Origin: Candidatus Obscuribacteraceae bacterium
GTDB taxonomy: Bacteria > Cyanobacteriota > Vampirovibrionia > Obscuribacterales > Obscuribacteraceae
Length of the DNA stretch: 64,000 nt
Direction of reading: 5' to 3'
NCBI GenBank assembly: GCA_044226015.1
Contig: JBGAHS010000004.1
Location: 480,001 to 544,000 of the forward strand
Part shown: positions 50,688 through 61,257 of the stretch, one piece after another
How positions within the stretch are numbered: the first letter of the stretch is position 1
Layout: each line of letters starts with the position of its first letter
The notes under the pieces: model-generated
Databases searched by the model: none
What the model saw: only the letters and a program-made list of their open reading frames with translations
Told to the model about the DNA's origin: nothing
Made by a program: the position numbers and the translations under genes

Positions 50688-52895
50688 CTACTTCGTTTCA
50701 AAAACTCGTTGCCTCATCCTTTTTATTTCTGGGTTAGAGCCAAAGAGTTTCCATGGCAGTCCGCTTCTGTGGTTTTCGATCATTACTACCATTGGTCCCT
50801 GATTCAATCCCATGTACAGGTCATTAACCCAGTGATCGTCAAGGCTGAAAGCATCTCGAAATCCGTATTCGCCCCAGAGAAAATCACCATGATTACGATA
50901 GTAATTTTTTATTGCAGCCGTTGCTTGTTCGGGCAGATATGGTATTGATGCCACTGCTCCTGTTGGTGTTATCTTTCCTTTGTCTCCTTCTGCTCGTGGT
51001 TCGTCGGGGTTGTAAGCCCAGGGACCATCTGAGGCAGTAAGCCCCCAGGCATCTTCTCCATAGCCTCTGTGGTGCTGCGGGTTCGCCTCACAGTAGCGCA
51101 AATTTATTTCTGCAATGGCTTTGCTGTTTTGGAAATAATCGGTGTATTTGTCACGCAAGCCGTGGGGATCCAGTCCCATGAAATTGTAATGGGTGAAAAA
51201 GATAGGTCCACCGCTGAATCCTCCCACATCAAGCTTTAAGCCATAATAGGAATCTCCGTTCGAATACATTTTTCCATCTGAATTACCACGATACTCTTGT
51301 GCAAGTTTTTCCTGACTGGCAAAACCTGAGTAATACATGTTTGAAGAAATTGGGTGTTTTGGTGATGCTATTGCTAACAAATATGTGATCATCGATTCGT
51401 TCCAGCCAATCAATCGATGATTTATCTTCCATTCTTTGTCTGGAGACCAGTGCCAGTAAAGATAGTGTGAGTCCGGCGTTTGTTTATACCAGTCCCACTC
51501 TACGGCTTCCCACAAATGGGTGATTCTATCTCTTATTGATTTTTCTTGCGCCGTGTCTCTGTCAAAAAACTGCCGTGCGCATAGTAGTCCTTGCATCAGG
51601 AAGGACGTTTCTACCAGGTCGCCGCCATTATCATCGGGGCCGAAGAAAAGGACAGGATGTCCATCTTGCCCATTCATATAGTGGGGAAATACGCCATGGA
51701 ACTTGTCCGCATGTTCTAAAAATCCGAGAATTTTTGACAGATGCGCGGCAACTTGTTCGCGAGGTATAAAGTTGCGATGGGCAGCTACAACAAGGCTGTA
51801 AATGCCAAAACCGGAGGCACCCGTTGCGATCATATGAGGGTCGCCTGGTACGGACTCCAGTGTCATACCACTTTCTGGCTCACTAGCATCGAAGTAATAT
51901 CTAGCGCAAGCTTCCTGCACCATATCTAGTATCTCGTCGTCGGACAGTACTCTGGTTTCAGCTGAAAGTACGTTGGAGTAAGGCGAATATTCGTCAGTGT
52001 AGGATAGGAATCGCACACGGTAGGAGTACTTTCCAAACTTGTCTCCGACATAGTCAGCGTATCGGTTTATCCAATACGGACGAAAACCAATGGCTTCAAA
52101 CTTGCCACCATTTTGAGCTCGTTCGATGACTGCGCCACAGATACCGTCATCTTTTACTGGCTTCCAGGCAATGTCTATATGTCGTTCGAATCCTTTACTG
52201 CTTATCAGTTCAACCTTGCTTGTTGATTTCATGTGCAAGCTGTCTTTTGATCGAATATCGATTTGATCCAAATACAATTGCTGCTCTTCTGGGGACTCTT
52301 CGCCTTGTGAAAATATCAAACCTTTGACTTGTTCAGCTGCCGAGATTCGACTGCCTTTAAACTCGCTCAAAGGCACTGTGACTTTGAGCCACTCGTTGGT
52401 ATCTTCCTGCTTTGAATATTGGGCTAAGGGTAAAGAGATGCTCTCGTTATTGTCTGCAAGTAGTAATGCTATTTTCGGCAGTGAATCTCTCTTCGTCTGA
52501 GTGGCCAGCTTCATGTGAAATTGGAGCAGTTCCGGAGCCTTGAAAGGGCTGGCTTTTGTCTGAATGAATACGCCGTTATCCCACTCTTCCTGTCCTCGAA
52601 TGGCTCGGTGCAAGATTTTTGCTGACCATGTTCCATTTGGTGACGACTTATACCTGAGTTCGATTGAGCTGCCCGGGGTGTACGCAGGCGTTTTCCTTGC
52701 AGGTAAATGTGCATTCAGGTTCATCACCCAGCTCTTACCTTTGCTTTCCGTTTGTGAATAGAAGTAAGCTCCATCCATCGGGGTGTTATCAAAAATCTGA
52801 TAGTCCAGAAGTCTTTCCGCTTTGGCAGAGGCGGTACTTGAGAAGAGAGCTAGAACGGTGAGAAAGGTTGCTGAAGAAAGGGCTTGTTTTTTCAT
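50688..52895 (-). CDS. Secreted glucoamylase-like / GH144-type (beta-1,2-glucanase-like) glycoside hydrolase with N-terminal CBM-like and FnIII-like domains
   Basis: Signal peptide MKKQALSSATFLTVLALFSSTASA. ATGASGFG, GGDLVETSFLMQGLL, YWHWSP, GWNE, GGPIFFTHY, WGLTASD, GEYGFRDAF and ENHRSGL motifs. Confidence 0.8.
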   Translation of the reverse strand: MKKQALSSATFLTVLALFSSTASAKAERLLDYQIFDNTPMDGAYFYSQTESKGKSWVMNLNAHLPARKTPAYTPGSSIELRYKSSPNGTWSAKILHRAIRGQEEWDNGVFIQTKASPFKAPELLQFHMKLATQTKRDSLPKIALLLADNNESISLPLAQYSKQEDTNEWLKVTVPLSEFKGSRISAAEQVKGLIFSQGEESPEEQQLYLDQIDIRSKDSLHMKSTSKVELISSKGFERHIDIAWKPVKDDGICGAVIERAQNGGKFEAIGFRPYWINRYADYVGDKFGKYSYRVRFLSYTDEYSPYSNVLSAETRVLSDDEILDMVQEACARYYFDASEPESGMTLESVPGDPHMIATGASGFGIYSLVVAAHRNFIPREQVAAHLSKILGFLEHADKFHGVFPHYMNGQDGHPVLFFGPDDNGGDLVETSFLMQGLLCARQFFDRDTAQEKSIRDRITHLWEAVEWDWYKQTPDSHYLYWHWSPDKEWKINHRLIGWNESMITYLLAIASPKHPISSNMYYSGFASQEKLAQEYRGNSDGKMYSNGDSYYGLKLDVGGFSGGPIFFTHYNFMGLDPHGLRDKYTDYFQNSKAIAEINLRYCEANPQHHRGYGEDAWGLTASDGPWAYNPDEPRAEGDKGKITPTGAVASIPYLPEQATAAIKNYYRNHGDFLWGEYGFRDAFSLDDHWVNDLYMGLNQGPMVVMIENHRSGLPWKLFGSNPEIKRMRQRVFETK

Positions 52896-53052
52896 TTTGA
52901 TAGAGTTCTTTCGGCTGGCAAGAGCTATTTGGGCTATGGAAGCGACTGAAACTGCAATTTTTAGCACATTTTTGCTATCTCTGTTGCGTTTTCGCTGGAG
53001 TCGAAATTCTTTTCAAGTTAGAATTGCATTGTTGTAATCGGCGTGTTTTCAC

Positions 53053-54261
53053 ATGGATGCTCAGTGGTATTTATTTTGTGCAGTGCTGGGCGCTACGTCG
53101 CTCGTGAGTTTATTCGGCAGAGCACTCATATTGAAGCGTATGAGAAAAGTGGAAGGTCTTGCTTCGCCAAAGGATGTGCATCCAGTTGAATTGGCTTATT
53201 TATTTCGCCCGGGTGATTCCTCTCATTGCCTCATTGTTTTGCTTGTTGATTCTGTGCACAAAGAGTTGAAGAATCAGCAGAGTGGCGATTTTCAATTGAG
53301 TAAGATCTTGTATGAGGCCGAAGTCTGGCCGAAGGTTAAAACCTACATAAAGGATTGGTCAGTTCAAAAAGCGCAGCAAATCGTACCGGAGATATCTAGC
53401 AAAAATCCGCTGAAGATTGCTGGTGCAGTTTGGCGCATGCGTGAGTGGTTTTGGAATGTTGTTAAAGGCTTCTTCTCTGAACTAATTCAAGACCCACTTC
53501 ATTTGCGAAAGTACTTTTCTCCTGTGGGGCTAGTTAGGCTCTTTGTATCGGTTGCAGGAACCGGTGTCAAAGAAACGCTCTGCTCGAATGTCAGGCGAAC
53601 GTTGCTGACTAAAAAGCTGCTTGTGGAGGAAGAAAACAGGAACTCGGCGTCTCGTTTTCTAACCGGGTTTGCTTGCATTCATCTCATCACGATAGCACTT
53701 GCAATTTCAATCTCCGGCATCTCGCGCTCTGATGCCACGTTTCTTTTTGTTCTTTTTGGTTTGTTGAATGGGTTGATATTGCGCATTCTGATTTGGCTTC
53801 CAACTTTGCTTCCACATTTTGATGAAATCAACAAAGTGCTCGCATCTGTTTCCAAAAAAGGACTCCGCATCAGTGTGATGCGTTCATTGTTTGGTACCGC
53901 TAATGGTGCATTCTGGTTTCTCACTGCTGTTTTTGGAATAGGTATTGGACTGTCTCAAGCTGCAATACTCGGCTATTTCTTCGGCATGCATAGCAGTATG
54001 TGGGTATTGAATTTGGTTGGCATAGCATTATTGACATTGAATTTTCTGGTAATTTTTGAGATATGCTTCAGAAGCATGATGGTCGCTACGACGGAACAGT
54101 TGACAGAGGCTGGTTCCGAGGCGCTTGAATTGCATCATGAAGAATTGAAGGATGCCAGGCTTGTGCAGACTATTTCAGCAGCCATGTCTAATCCCTCATA
54201 TAGTGAGGAACTTTCAGACATTGTAGCCATTTATGGCATTGAGACTCTGTTTCTGGTTTGA
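53053..54261 (+). CDS. Hypothetical multi-pass membrane protein
   Basis: N-terminal TM, HPVELAYL motif (reminiscent of TIGR04222-type proteins), four further hydrophobic segments. Confidence 0.75.
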   Translation: MDAQWYLFCAVLGATSLVSLFGRALILKRMRKVEGLASPKDVHPVELAYLFRPGDSSHCLIVLLVDSVHKELKNQQSGDFQLSKILYEAEVWPKVKTYIKDWSVQKAQQIVPEISSKNPLKIAGAVWRMREWFWNVVKGFFSELIQDPLHLRKYFSPVGLVRLFVSVAGTGVKETLCSNVRRTLLTKKLLVEEENRNSASRFLTGFACIHLITIALAISISGISRSDATFLFVLFGLLNGLILRILIWLPTLLPHFDEINKVLASVSKKGLRISVMRSLFGTANGAFWFLTAVFGIGIGLSQAAILGYFFGMHSSMWVLNLVGIALLTLNFLVIFEICFRSMMVATTEQLTEAGSEALELHHEELKDARLVQTISAAMSNPSYSEELSDIVAIYGIETLFLV

Positions 54262-54400
54262 GTTCACTCGAAAGTGGCATTGTATCTTGGCAGCTGCTAG
54301 CCATTTAGCCGTAACCCATGTATAAGTTGCTTCATCCTGACCCTTTCGGCCGCCTTGCTGAGATATGATCTAGCTCGTTTGTCAGCAGAAGCTCTCTAAG

Positions 54401-55573
54401 TTGAAACGTCTCTCAGTATTAGGTTCAACCGGTTCTATTGGTCGCCAGACCATGGACATTGCGCGCGCGCACAAAGATGATTTTGTTGTTGAGGCAATCA
54501 GCGCAGGTGCAAAAACCCTGGACATTCTTGCGCAGCAAGTCAAGGAATTCTGCCCCAAACTGGTTGCAGTACCTGACGCTACAGCGGCAGAGAACTTGCG
54601 TGAGCTACTGGAAGCGCAAGCTCTCAAGACAGAAATAATCTACGGCGATGAAGCCAATTGCGAGATTGCCGCTTTCAGTACAGCGACTACTGTCGTTTCT
54701 GGTGTTGTAGGGGCAAAGGGGATCAAGCCCACAGCTGCCGCAGCCCGAGCTGGGAAAGTTATTGCTCTGGCAAATAAGGAAACGTTAGTTGCAGCTGGGT
54801 CGGTGATAATGCCGATGGTTGAGAAGCATTCTGCATCCATAGTTCCAGTAGACAGCGAGCATTCCGCTATTCACCAGAGCCTTTCAGGCTTTTGCGTTAG
54901 AGACATTAAGAAGATATTGCTCACTGCTAGTGGCGGTCCTTTTCGCACCTGGACGAAAGAGCAAATCAACAATGCCACCATGGACGATGCCTTGAAGCAT
55001 CCGAACTGGGCCATGGGGCAGAAAATAACCATAGACTCAGCCACCTTGATGAACAAAGGGCTTGAGATCATTGAGGCCAGATGGCTTTTCGATGTTGCGG
55101 CAAGTGCTATAGAAGTGGTGATTCATCCCCAATCGATACTGCATTCTGCAGTTGAGTTTGTGGATGGATCTGTTGTCGGACAGCTCGGAATGCCGGACAT
55201 GCATTTGCCTATTCATTACGCTCTTTACTATCCTGAGCGTAAGCCCTCGACGCAGGTTCCACTGCTTGACCTCGTCAAGGTTGCGACTATGAATTTCGAA
55301 GCACCGGATTATGAACGCTTTCCATGTCTTCGGCTTGCAAAGGAAGTGGCTTCTCGAGATGACACGGCTGCGGCAGTCTTAAATGCTGCAAATGAAGAGG
55401 TCGTTTACGCATTTTTGAACAGAATCATTAGCTTTTCAGACATTCCCAGATATGTAGAAAAGATTCTAGACCTTCACCAAAGCTTCGCTCATCCCACTCT
55501 TGAGGATATACTTGAAGCTGACAAATGGGCTAGGCAGGCATCACAAGAACTTCTCGGAGCTACAGTGCGATGA
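54401..55573 (+). CDS. dxr: 1-deoxy-D-xylulose-5-phosphate reductoisomerase
   Basis: LGSTGSIG, LANKE, PVDSEHSA, TASGGPFR, HPNWAMGQKITIDSATLMNKGLE. Confidence 0.97.
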   Translation: MKRLSVLGSTGSIGRQTMDIARAHKDDFVVEAISAGAKTLDILAQQVKEFCPKLVAVPDATAAENLRELLEAQALKTEIIYGDEANCEIAAFSTATTVVSGVVGAKGIKPTAAAARAGKVIALANKETLVAAGSVIMPMVEKHSASIVPVDSEHSAIHQSLSGFCVRDIKKILLTASGGPFRTWTKEQINNATMDDALKHPNWAMGQKITIDSATLMNKGLEIIEARWLFDVAASAIEVVIHPQSILHSAVEFVDGSVVGQLGMPDMHLPIHYALYYPERKPSTQVPLLDLVKVATMNFEAPDYERFPCLRLAKEVASRDDTAAAVLNAANEEVVYAFLNRIISFSDIPRYVEKILDLHQSFAHPTLEDILEADKWARQASQELLGATVR

Positions 55574-56214
55574 CAACTTCAACGGCATCTAATGTTCAGG
55601 TTTGCAAACATCCTCTTGTTCAGCAACATCTAACAAAATTGCGTGACTACCAGACGCCATCTATCGAATTTAGAAGAACGGCTATACAGCTGGGTCAAGC
55701 TCTCGCATATGAAGCTATGCGCGACTTGAATTTCCGTGAGGCGAGTGTTGAAACACCAGTGGGACCAGCAACTGGTGTCGCTCTGAGTGATTACGTCATC
55801 ATCGCTCCTGTATTGCGTGCCGGTCTTGTGCTTGCTGAGGCGGCTCAGAAGCTCATTCCAGCTAACTCACGCGTATATCATGTTGGACTGAAGAGAGACG
55901 AAGCGACTCTTGAGGCCATCTCCTATTATGCCAAGTTGCCAGATAAGTTGCCGACGGATAGTAAGGTTTACATACTCGACCCCATGCTTGCTACTGGCGG
56001 CTCTGCAAATGCTGCTATTCAGCTTTTCCATAATCTTGGTGTCACACAGATTCACATGGTCTGTTTCCTTGCTGCTCCAGAGGGCATCAAGCGAGTACAT
56101 GACAAATTCCCTCATGTCAAAATAACAACAGCGTCTATTGATAGTCATCTCAACGAGCATGGCTTCATCGTTCCAGGTTTGGGCGATGCTGGTGACCGAA
56201 TTTTCGGAACATAA
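55570..56214 (+). CDS. upp: Uracil phosphoribosyltransferase
   Basis: HPLVQ..LT.LRD, PVLRAG, LDPMLATGGS, IVPGLGDAGDRIFGT. ATGA overlap with dxr. Confidence 0.96.
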   Translation: MTTSTASNVQVCKHPLVQQHLTKLRDYQTPSIEFRRTAIQLGQALAYEAMRDLNFREASVETPVGPATGVALSDYVIIAPVLRAGLVLAEAAQKLIPANSRVYHVGLKRDEATLEAISYYAKLPDKLPTDSKVYILDPMLATGGSANAAIQLFHNLGVTQIHMVCFLAAPEGIKRVHDKFPHVKITTASIDSHLNEHGFIVPGLGDAGDRIFGT

Positions 56215-56304
56215 TTTTCGCTAGTTCTGCCATATTCTGCAGAAGAAGATGCTTAAGCTGGCACCGTATTTGGTGCTCAAGCTTGGAGTCTTAGGCTATC
56301 CGGC

Positions 56305-57435
56305 TTATGGACGCGGAGGAAGTGCCGGTGGCAGCTCCATTGGAAGGCGTCCAAGCTTGACGGCTTGTAGCAGCAAGCTCAGTTGAACTTCACGGCGAGC
56401 AGCCTGATACGATGCGCCGGACCAGTAATAATCTGGGTTGTAGGCGTATGGGTTCAATCCAAATGGACTCAACGGCATCTCATATGTTGGCGGTTTAACT
56501 ATGTCGCCATATTGCCTCGTAATCGCCAGAGCAATTTGGTTCTCTCTGATCGCCTCTTCGAGTTTTTGTCTCGTCTGTGGATTATCAAAATATGCTGTCT
56601 TTCCGTTTGCTAGAGCCTCGATTACTGGCTGAACGGATTGAGCAGCTAGCACGTCTGCAAGGTATATATGGAAGTAGGGGTTAGATGGTGCGTTCTTGGC
56701 TCCTTCCCGGAGTAAATTCTCCTGGTATTGCAGAGCTGACCCGGCTATTTTCGACATATTTGCGGCGTAGGTGTAAACATCCGTCGTACCGCGGAAGCTG
56801 CCGAAGCCATCTTGATTCTGAGAACGCATGTAAGTCTGGCTTGCAGAAATGCGCATCTCATCAGCATTGATCATTATTGGTTTATAGATATTGCCTTGAT
56901 ATTGGGCAATTTCGATTTCTTTTAAGTTGGAAGGGAAAAAATGGCGGTTTCTGTCGGAAGCATCTGGGTTTTTCTGGTTCTTTAACCAGAAAAAGTAGCC
57001 ATTACCTGCAGAGTCAATCCAGGGAGAGGGGCTCAATTCTTTTGGAAGCCCTTTTATAACCAGTTTGCTGTAGTTGTCTTGAGCTATTTTTGCGTCAAAA
57101 TCTTTTTCGCCGTAGGTCACTTCAAGAACACCGCGATTAACTGGCGCTGGGCGTTCGGGAGGACGGTCTGTTGGCGGTAGAACTACTGGTCCATCCCAGG
57201 GTGAGCGTCCCGGGCTTCGCCCATCTCGTCTGTCGCTAGTAGTAGGTAAACTTGGGCTTTCCCACGGTGCACGGCCCTGCGTGCGCGAGCTGCCTGACTG
57301 TCCCAGCACGTCTACCGAGCTCAATCCGCCCGTAGTTTGCTGACTGTCATTTCTGCCTAAAAGTCTGTCCGCCGTGCGTTTCGCCATTTCGGCTACTGCG
57401 GGGTCAACCTGTCCAAAATCTCTTGTGTCGCTCAT
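56305..57435 (-). CDS. Hypothetical protein (Pro-rich N-terminus, TPR-like helix pair)
   Basis: AAGGTGAG SD; 376-aa ORF with natural composition; APSNPYFHIYLADVLAAQ is TPR-like. Confidence 0.75.
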   Translation of the reverse strand: MSDTRDFGQVDPAVAEMAKRTADRLLGRNDSQQTTGGLSSVDVLGQSGSSRTQGRAPWESPSLPTTSDRRDGRSPGRSPWDGPVVLPPTDRPPERPAPVNRGVLEVTYGEKDFDAKIAQDNYSKLVIKGLPKELSPSPWIDSAGNGYFFWLKNQKNPDASDRNRHFFPSNLKEIEIAQYQGNIYKPIMINADEMRISASQTYMRSQNQDGFGSFRGTTDVYTYAANMSKIAGSALQYQENLLREGAKNAPSNPYFHIYLADVLAAQSVQPVIEALANGKTAYFDNPQTRQKLEEAIRENQIALAITRQYGDIVKPPTYEMPLSPFGLNPYAYNPDYYWSGASYQAARREVQLSLLLQAVKLGRLPMELPPALPPRP

Positions 57436-57627
57436 ACCGATCTCACCTTCCTGTATTAAATATCGCGGGGAGGGGCGTATGAGTCAATGTTGAATCTACG
57501 TACCAAACACACAAGCCTGTTGCAGCAAGTATCCGGAGATTTAATGAAGTGATCGGTAGGAGGAGGCTCAGAATGGGCAAATTTGTTAGGATGGGCTTTA
57601 TTACCACCTTTAACTGAGGTCTTCAAA

Positions 57628-59115
57628 ATGCAAGCAACAGCGCCAACTCAGGATGCGGAAAGATTGGAAAAGATGTGTTGCTCGGCAGGCGCGATGCGCC
57701 ACAAAAGCATTGTGGTCGCTTGTATGGGGCTGGTTGTTCTTTTAACCGCCGCAAGCACTGTTGATCTGACCTCTTTGATTACAGTGGAATGTTCCTTAGA
57801 CAAAAAGACGTTCCAGTTTTTACCAACACCGAAGCCGCCAGAGCTCAAACCCAATCAGCAGAGAGTGAATGACGACTACTCAAACGTGTATATGGGTTCA
57901 GAGGGGCTTTTCCCATTTAAGGAGGGCTTCTGGGGCAACGAATCAAAATACGGTTGGGTTGACCAGCAAGGAAATGTAGTTATCAAAGCTCGCAAATTGG
58001 TCTCGATTAGAGACTTTCATAGGGGACTTGCTCGTGTGAAAGTTGCTACACCGGAAGGAGAACGCTGGGGCTTCATTGGTAAACGAGGTGAGTTTGTTAT
58101 TCCAGCTCGCTTCATGGATGTTACCGATTTCAATGCAGACGGGCTGGCAATAGAGACGATGTCCTCCTCCGATGGATCGACCGGGCATAGCTTTATTGAT
58201 ACAAGCGGCAAGAGCATAGTAAATCTGCCTCACACTAAAAAGGTCGAGTTCCTCTCCAAGGGTGTTTACACCGTGGAAGATGAGCAGACAGCTAAGGTGG
58301 GGCTTGTTGACGCAAATGGCAAAGATTTGCTTCCACGAATTTACACAAAGATATCGTCTCATTCAACAGAGCATTCTCCACGCTACTACAAGTACAGCCC
58401 CTGCTTTGAAGGAGGACAGCCGTGGCGAAATGATTCTGGCAATTGGTTTCTCATCGAAGATGGAAACAAAAAAGGAGCAGTCGACGCCCAGGGTAATGTC
58501 CTTGTGAAGCCATTGTATGAGGAGGTCCACTCTATCAACGATGGTGTTGCTCTTGTTAAAAAAGACCAGGACAACATTTTCATCAATGCTGCTGGTGAAA
58601 CGGTGGTTCCTGGTAAATTCAATCAAGCTACTGCGTATGCAGATCTAATTGCCGTATCAGATTCGGAAGGAAATCATATTATCGACAAAACGGGAAAGCG
58701 GTTGAAGACCTCATATAAATTCGTCGAACCTGATGAGTACACGGAATGGTTTAAGGAAGGATTAGCTCCAGTTGCTGATAGCAAAGGGCGTTACGCTTAC
58801 ATCAACAAGCTTGGAAAAACCGTCATCGAGCCGAAATTTGAAGCTGCCTTTCCGTTTTATGATGGTCGGGCATTGGTTTACGATGGTAAGTTCTGGATGT
58901 TCATTGATAAGAAAGGAAACGACGTCAGCAAATTGAAAATTGTGAGAGTAGATTTTAAGAACACTCAAAATAATTTGGACAGTGAGTCATATTCGGTGAT
59001 TGCTGCAGGACCTTTGTACGAGATCTTCAAAGCAGCTAAAACCCGGGAGGAAATGCACAGTACGATTGATGGTTGGAAACGAAGTGCTGGCTATAGTGAA
59101 GACGTTTTGAAATAG
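57628..59115 (+). CDS. WG-repeat (WG beta-repeat) membrane-anchored or secreted protein
   Basis: Repeats YGWVDQQGNVVI, WGFIGKRGEFVIPARF, YAYINKLGKTVIEPKF, F.EGLA; N-terminal hydrophobic segment; GAGGT SD. Confidence 0.85.
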   Translation: MQATAPTQDAERLEKMCCSAGAMRHKSIVVACMGLVVLLTAASTVDLTSLITVECSLDKKTFQFLPTPKPPELKPNQQRVNDDYSNVYMGSEGLFPFKEGFWGNESKYGWVDQQGNVVIKARKLVSIRDFHRGLARVKVATPEGERWGFIGKRGEFVIPARFMDVTDFNADGLAIETMSSSDGSTGHSFIDTSGKSIVNLPHTKKVEFLSKGVYTVEDEQTAKVGLVDANGKDLLPRIYTKISSHSTEHSPRYYKYSPCFEGGQPWRNDSGNWFLIEDGNKKGAVDAQGNVLVKPLYEEVHSINDGVALVKKDQDNIFINAAGETVVPGKFNQATAYADLIAVSDSEGNHIIDKTGKRLKTSYKFVEPDEYTEWFKEGLAPVADSKGRYAYINKLGKTVIEPKFEAAFPFYDGRALVYDGKFWMFIDKKGNDVSKLKIVRVDFKNTQNNLDSESYSVIAAGPLYEIFKAAKTREEMHSTIDGWKRSAGYSEDVLK

Positions 59116-59130
59116 GAAGGCCGGTTCTGT

Positions 59131-61257
59131 TTGGCAACCCTTGAGAAAAGAAAGAAATACCTGGGCTATGGTGACTTTATGTCGCACGTCTGGCTCTGGC
59201 AGAAAGCTTTTCTGATGGTACCAATTTGGGCTATTCCGATTGTGCCAGTGTTCGGTTTTGTCTGTCGCACCCTTGGAGGCTCAGTCAATCAGGCTGGTTT
59301 TGGTGCGGTGGTAGGGCTCTCTGTCTTGTATTTTTTGCAAGACTTGCTCAAGAGAGTAATTAGTTTAGATGATGACAGGATCTATTTTGGATTTAGATCG
59401 TACTTAATAAGAGATGCAAAATCAGTCGACATAACTTACAAGAAAGGGAAGTTTCTTCCATTCAACCTGGTGGTCACATTTGATGAGGGCAAGCAGCTCA
59501 AGCTCAAGTGTTCAGCTTTGTCCGAGCAAAGCGTTGAGACACTTCTGAAACATTTGCAAAGCCGAAACTCTCAGTTAAAGACAGCCGCCGTTCTCAACAC
59601 ACTGGTGAAATGCCGCAGCGTAAACAAGAAGTCACTCGAGGTCGGTGAGCGGCTGGACATCGCATACAACTCCCGTGAATTTATCACGGAGAACATTGAT
59701 GCATTCAAAGCAACCGCGGCTCAGTGGGCAAGAGTAGGTCCTGTCTTGGCAATGGTTTGCGCTCCAATCTGGCTCGGATATCTACCTCACTTTTTTAGCA
59801 GTCTTCAGGCTAACTCCTATCAGCAGGCGCGTGAGTTAAAACTTTCGGAATTCTTTGGTGAGATTTTCACTAACTTTTCCTGGGCTGTTGGGAAGGGTTT
59901 CTCTGCCATATATGACAGCAGCCATGCATGGATCGGCAATCCGTTATTGATCATTTTCTTTTCGCTTGCAATACTCGTGACCTTGCTTTCCCTGCTGAGA
60001 GTGCTATTGCAACCCAATGCGCTTGTTGCAAACAAGAATGGATTGTCCCTGAACCTGCGAGTTATGGATTTTGCTGTGCCACTATCTGTGGTGAAGTGGG
60101 CTGAAATTAGTAGCATGTCTTTGAAGAAGATTGCTGGCAAATCTGGTGAATTGATTGTGGAGCAAAAGAATAAGCGGAAATTCAAGCTCGACCTGTCCGC
60201 CATCTCGCCTGATGATCGAGGTCTGTTGCTCAAGAAAGTTGAACTGATGATTCCTGAGTGTCCTGTTAGTTCTGAACTCTCGCAGGCGATGTTGCCCCGT
60301 GCCGATCGCAGCTACACAGAAATCTGGTTGCAATCTTTGACACAATCTCCTGAGCGTAAGACCCTAGATCCTCTTCAACCTGGGCAGTTAATCGGAGTCG
60401 ATTCTCAGTTCGAGGTTCTGCATAGCATTGGAGTTGGTGGTCAAGGGAAGGCATATCTTTGCCGTCCGCTTACTGCTTCTGGCGAAGGCAGTGTTGTTCT
60501 CAAAGAGACAATAATTCCTATTTTTGCCGATAGCTCGGTGCGCCGCAAGTCGCTTGAGAGTTTCGAACAAGAAGCTAGGCTCTTAAAATCAATTGAGCAC
60601 CGAGGCATAGTGAAGTTGCTTGATTATTTTGTGGAAGATCACAGAGCCTATCTTGTATTAGAGCACATTGATGGATTCAACTTGAGGCAGTTGGTTGAGC
60701 GAGAAGGCGCCTTAACGGAGGAGAAGGTGCTTGAGCTTGCATTTCAAATGTTAGAAATATTGGAATTCTTGCATGAAAGGGGCGTGGTGCATCGAGACTT
60801 TACGCCGGACAATCTGATATTGAATTCTCGAGGGCAGTTGAAGTTGATCGACTTTAATGTGGCTCAACAAATTCAAGGTGGCAGCAGTGGTACTATCGTT
60901 GGCAAGCACGCGTATCTGCCTCCGGAGCAATTTAGAGGCAAGGCGACTACTCAGAGTGATATTTACGCGTTAGGAGCAACTCTGTTTTACTTGCTTACTG
61001 GCACAGATCCTGAGCCAATTTCGCAGTCGAGTCCCGCTAAACTTACAGCTTCTGTTTCTAGTGGGCTTGATGCAATCGTAAAGCGTTCAACATCACTGCA
61101 AACCACCCTCCGCTATCAATCTGCCAAGGAGTTAGCAAAAGATTTGTTTGTGCTAAGTGACGGAGCTGCCGTGGCTCTCAGTCCCTCAGATCGAGATTCT
61201 GAATCATTGGACTTATCAAAAAAGGAAGAATTGCAAGAGGTTGTGGTAGATGGCTGA
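59131..61257 (+). CDS. Membrane-anchored Hanks-type Ser/Thr protein kinase (two TM-pair + PH-like modules)
   Basis: IGVGGQGKAY, VVLKE, HRDFTPDN, LIDFN, GKHAYLPPEQ, SDIYALG. Start uncertain (59131 TTG or 59179 ATG). Confidence 0.88.
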   Translation: MATLEKRKKYLGYGDFMSHVWLWQKAFLMVPIWAIPIVPVFGFVCRTLGGSVNQAGFGAVVGLSVLYFLQDLLKRVISLDDDRIYFGFRSYLIRDAKSVDITYKKGKFLPFNLVVTFDEGKQLKLKCSALSEQSVETLLKHLQSRNSQLKTAAVLNTLVKCRSVNKKSLEVGERLDIAYNSREFITENIDAFKATAAQWARVGPVLAMVCAPIWLGYLPHFFSSLQANSYQQARELKLSEFFGEIFTNFSWAVGKGFSAIYDSSHAWIGNPLLIIFFSLAILVTLLSLLRVLLQPNALVANKNGLSLNLRVMDFAVPLSVVKWAEISSMSLKKIAGKSGELIVEQKNKRKFKLDLSAISPDDRGLLLKKVELMIPECPVSSELSQAMLPRADRSYTEIWLQSLTQSPERKTLDPLQPGQLIGVDSQFEVLHSIGVGGQGKAYLCRPLTASGEGSVVLKETIIPIFADSSVRRKSLESFEQEARLLKSIEHRGIVKLLDYFVEDHRAYLVLEHIDGFNLRQLVEREGALTEEKVLELAFQMLEILEFLHERGVVHRDFTPDNLILNSRGQLKLIDFNVAQQIQGGSSGTIVGKHAYLPPEQFRGKATTQSDIYALGATLFYLLTGTDPEPISQSSPAKLTASVSSGLDAIVKRSTSLQTTLRYQSAKELAKDLFVLSDGAAVALSPSDRDSESLDLSKKEELQEVVVDG

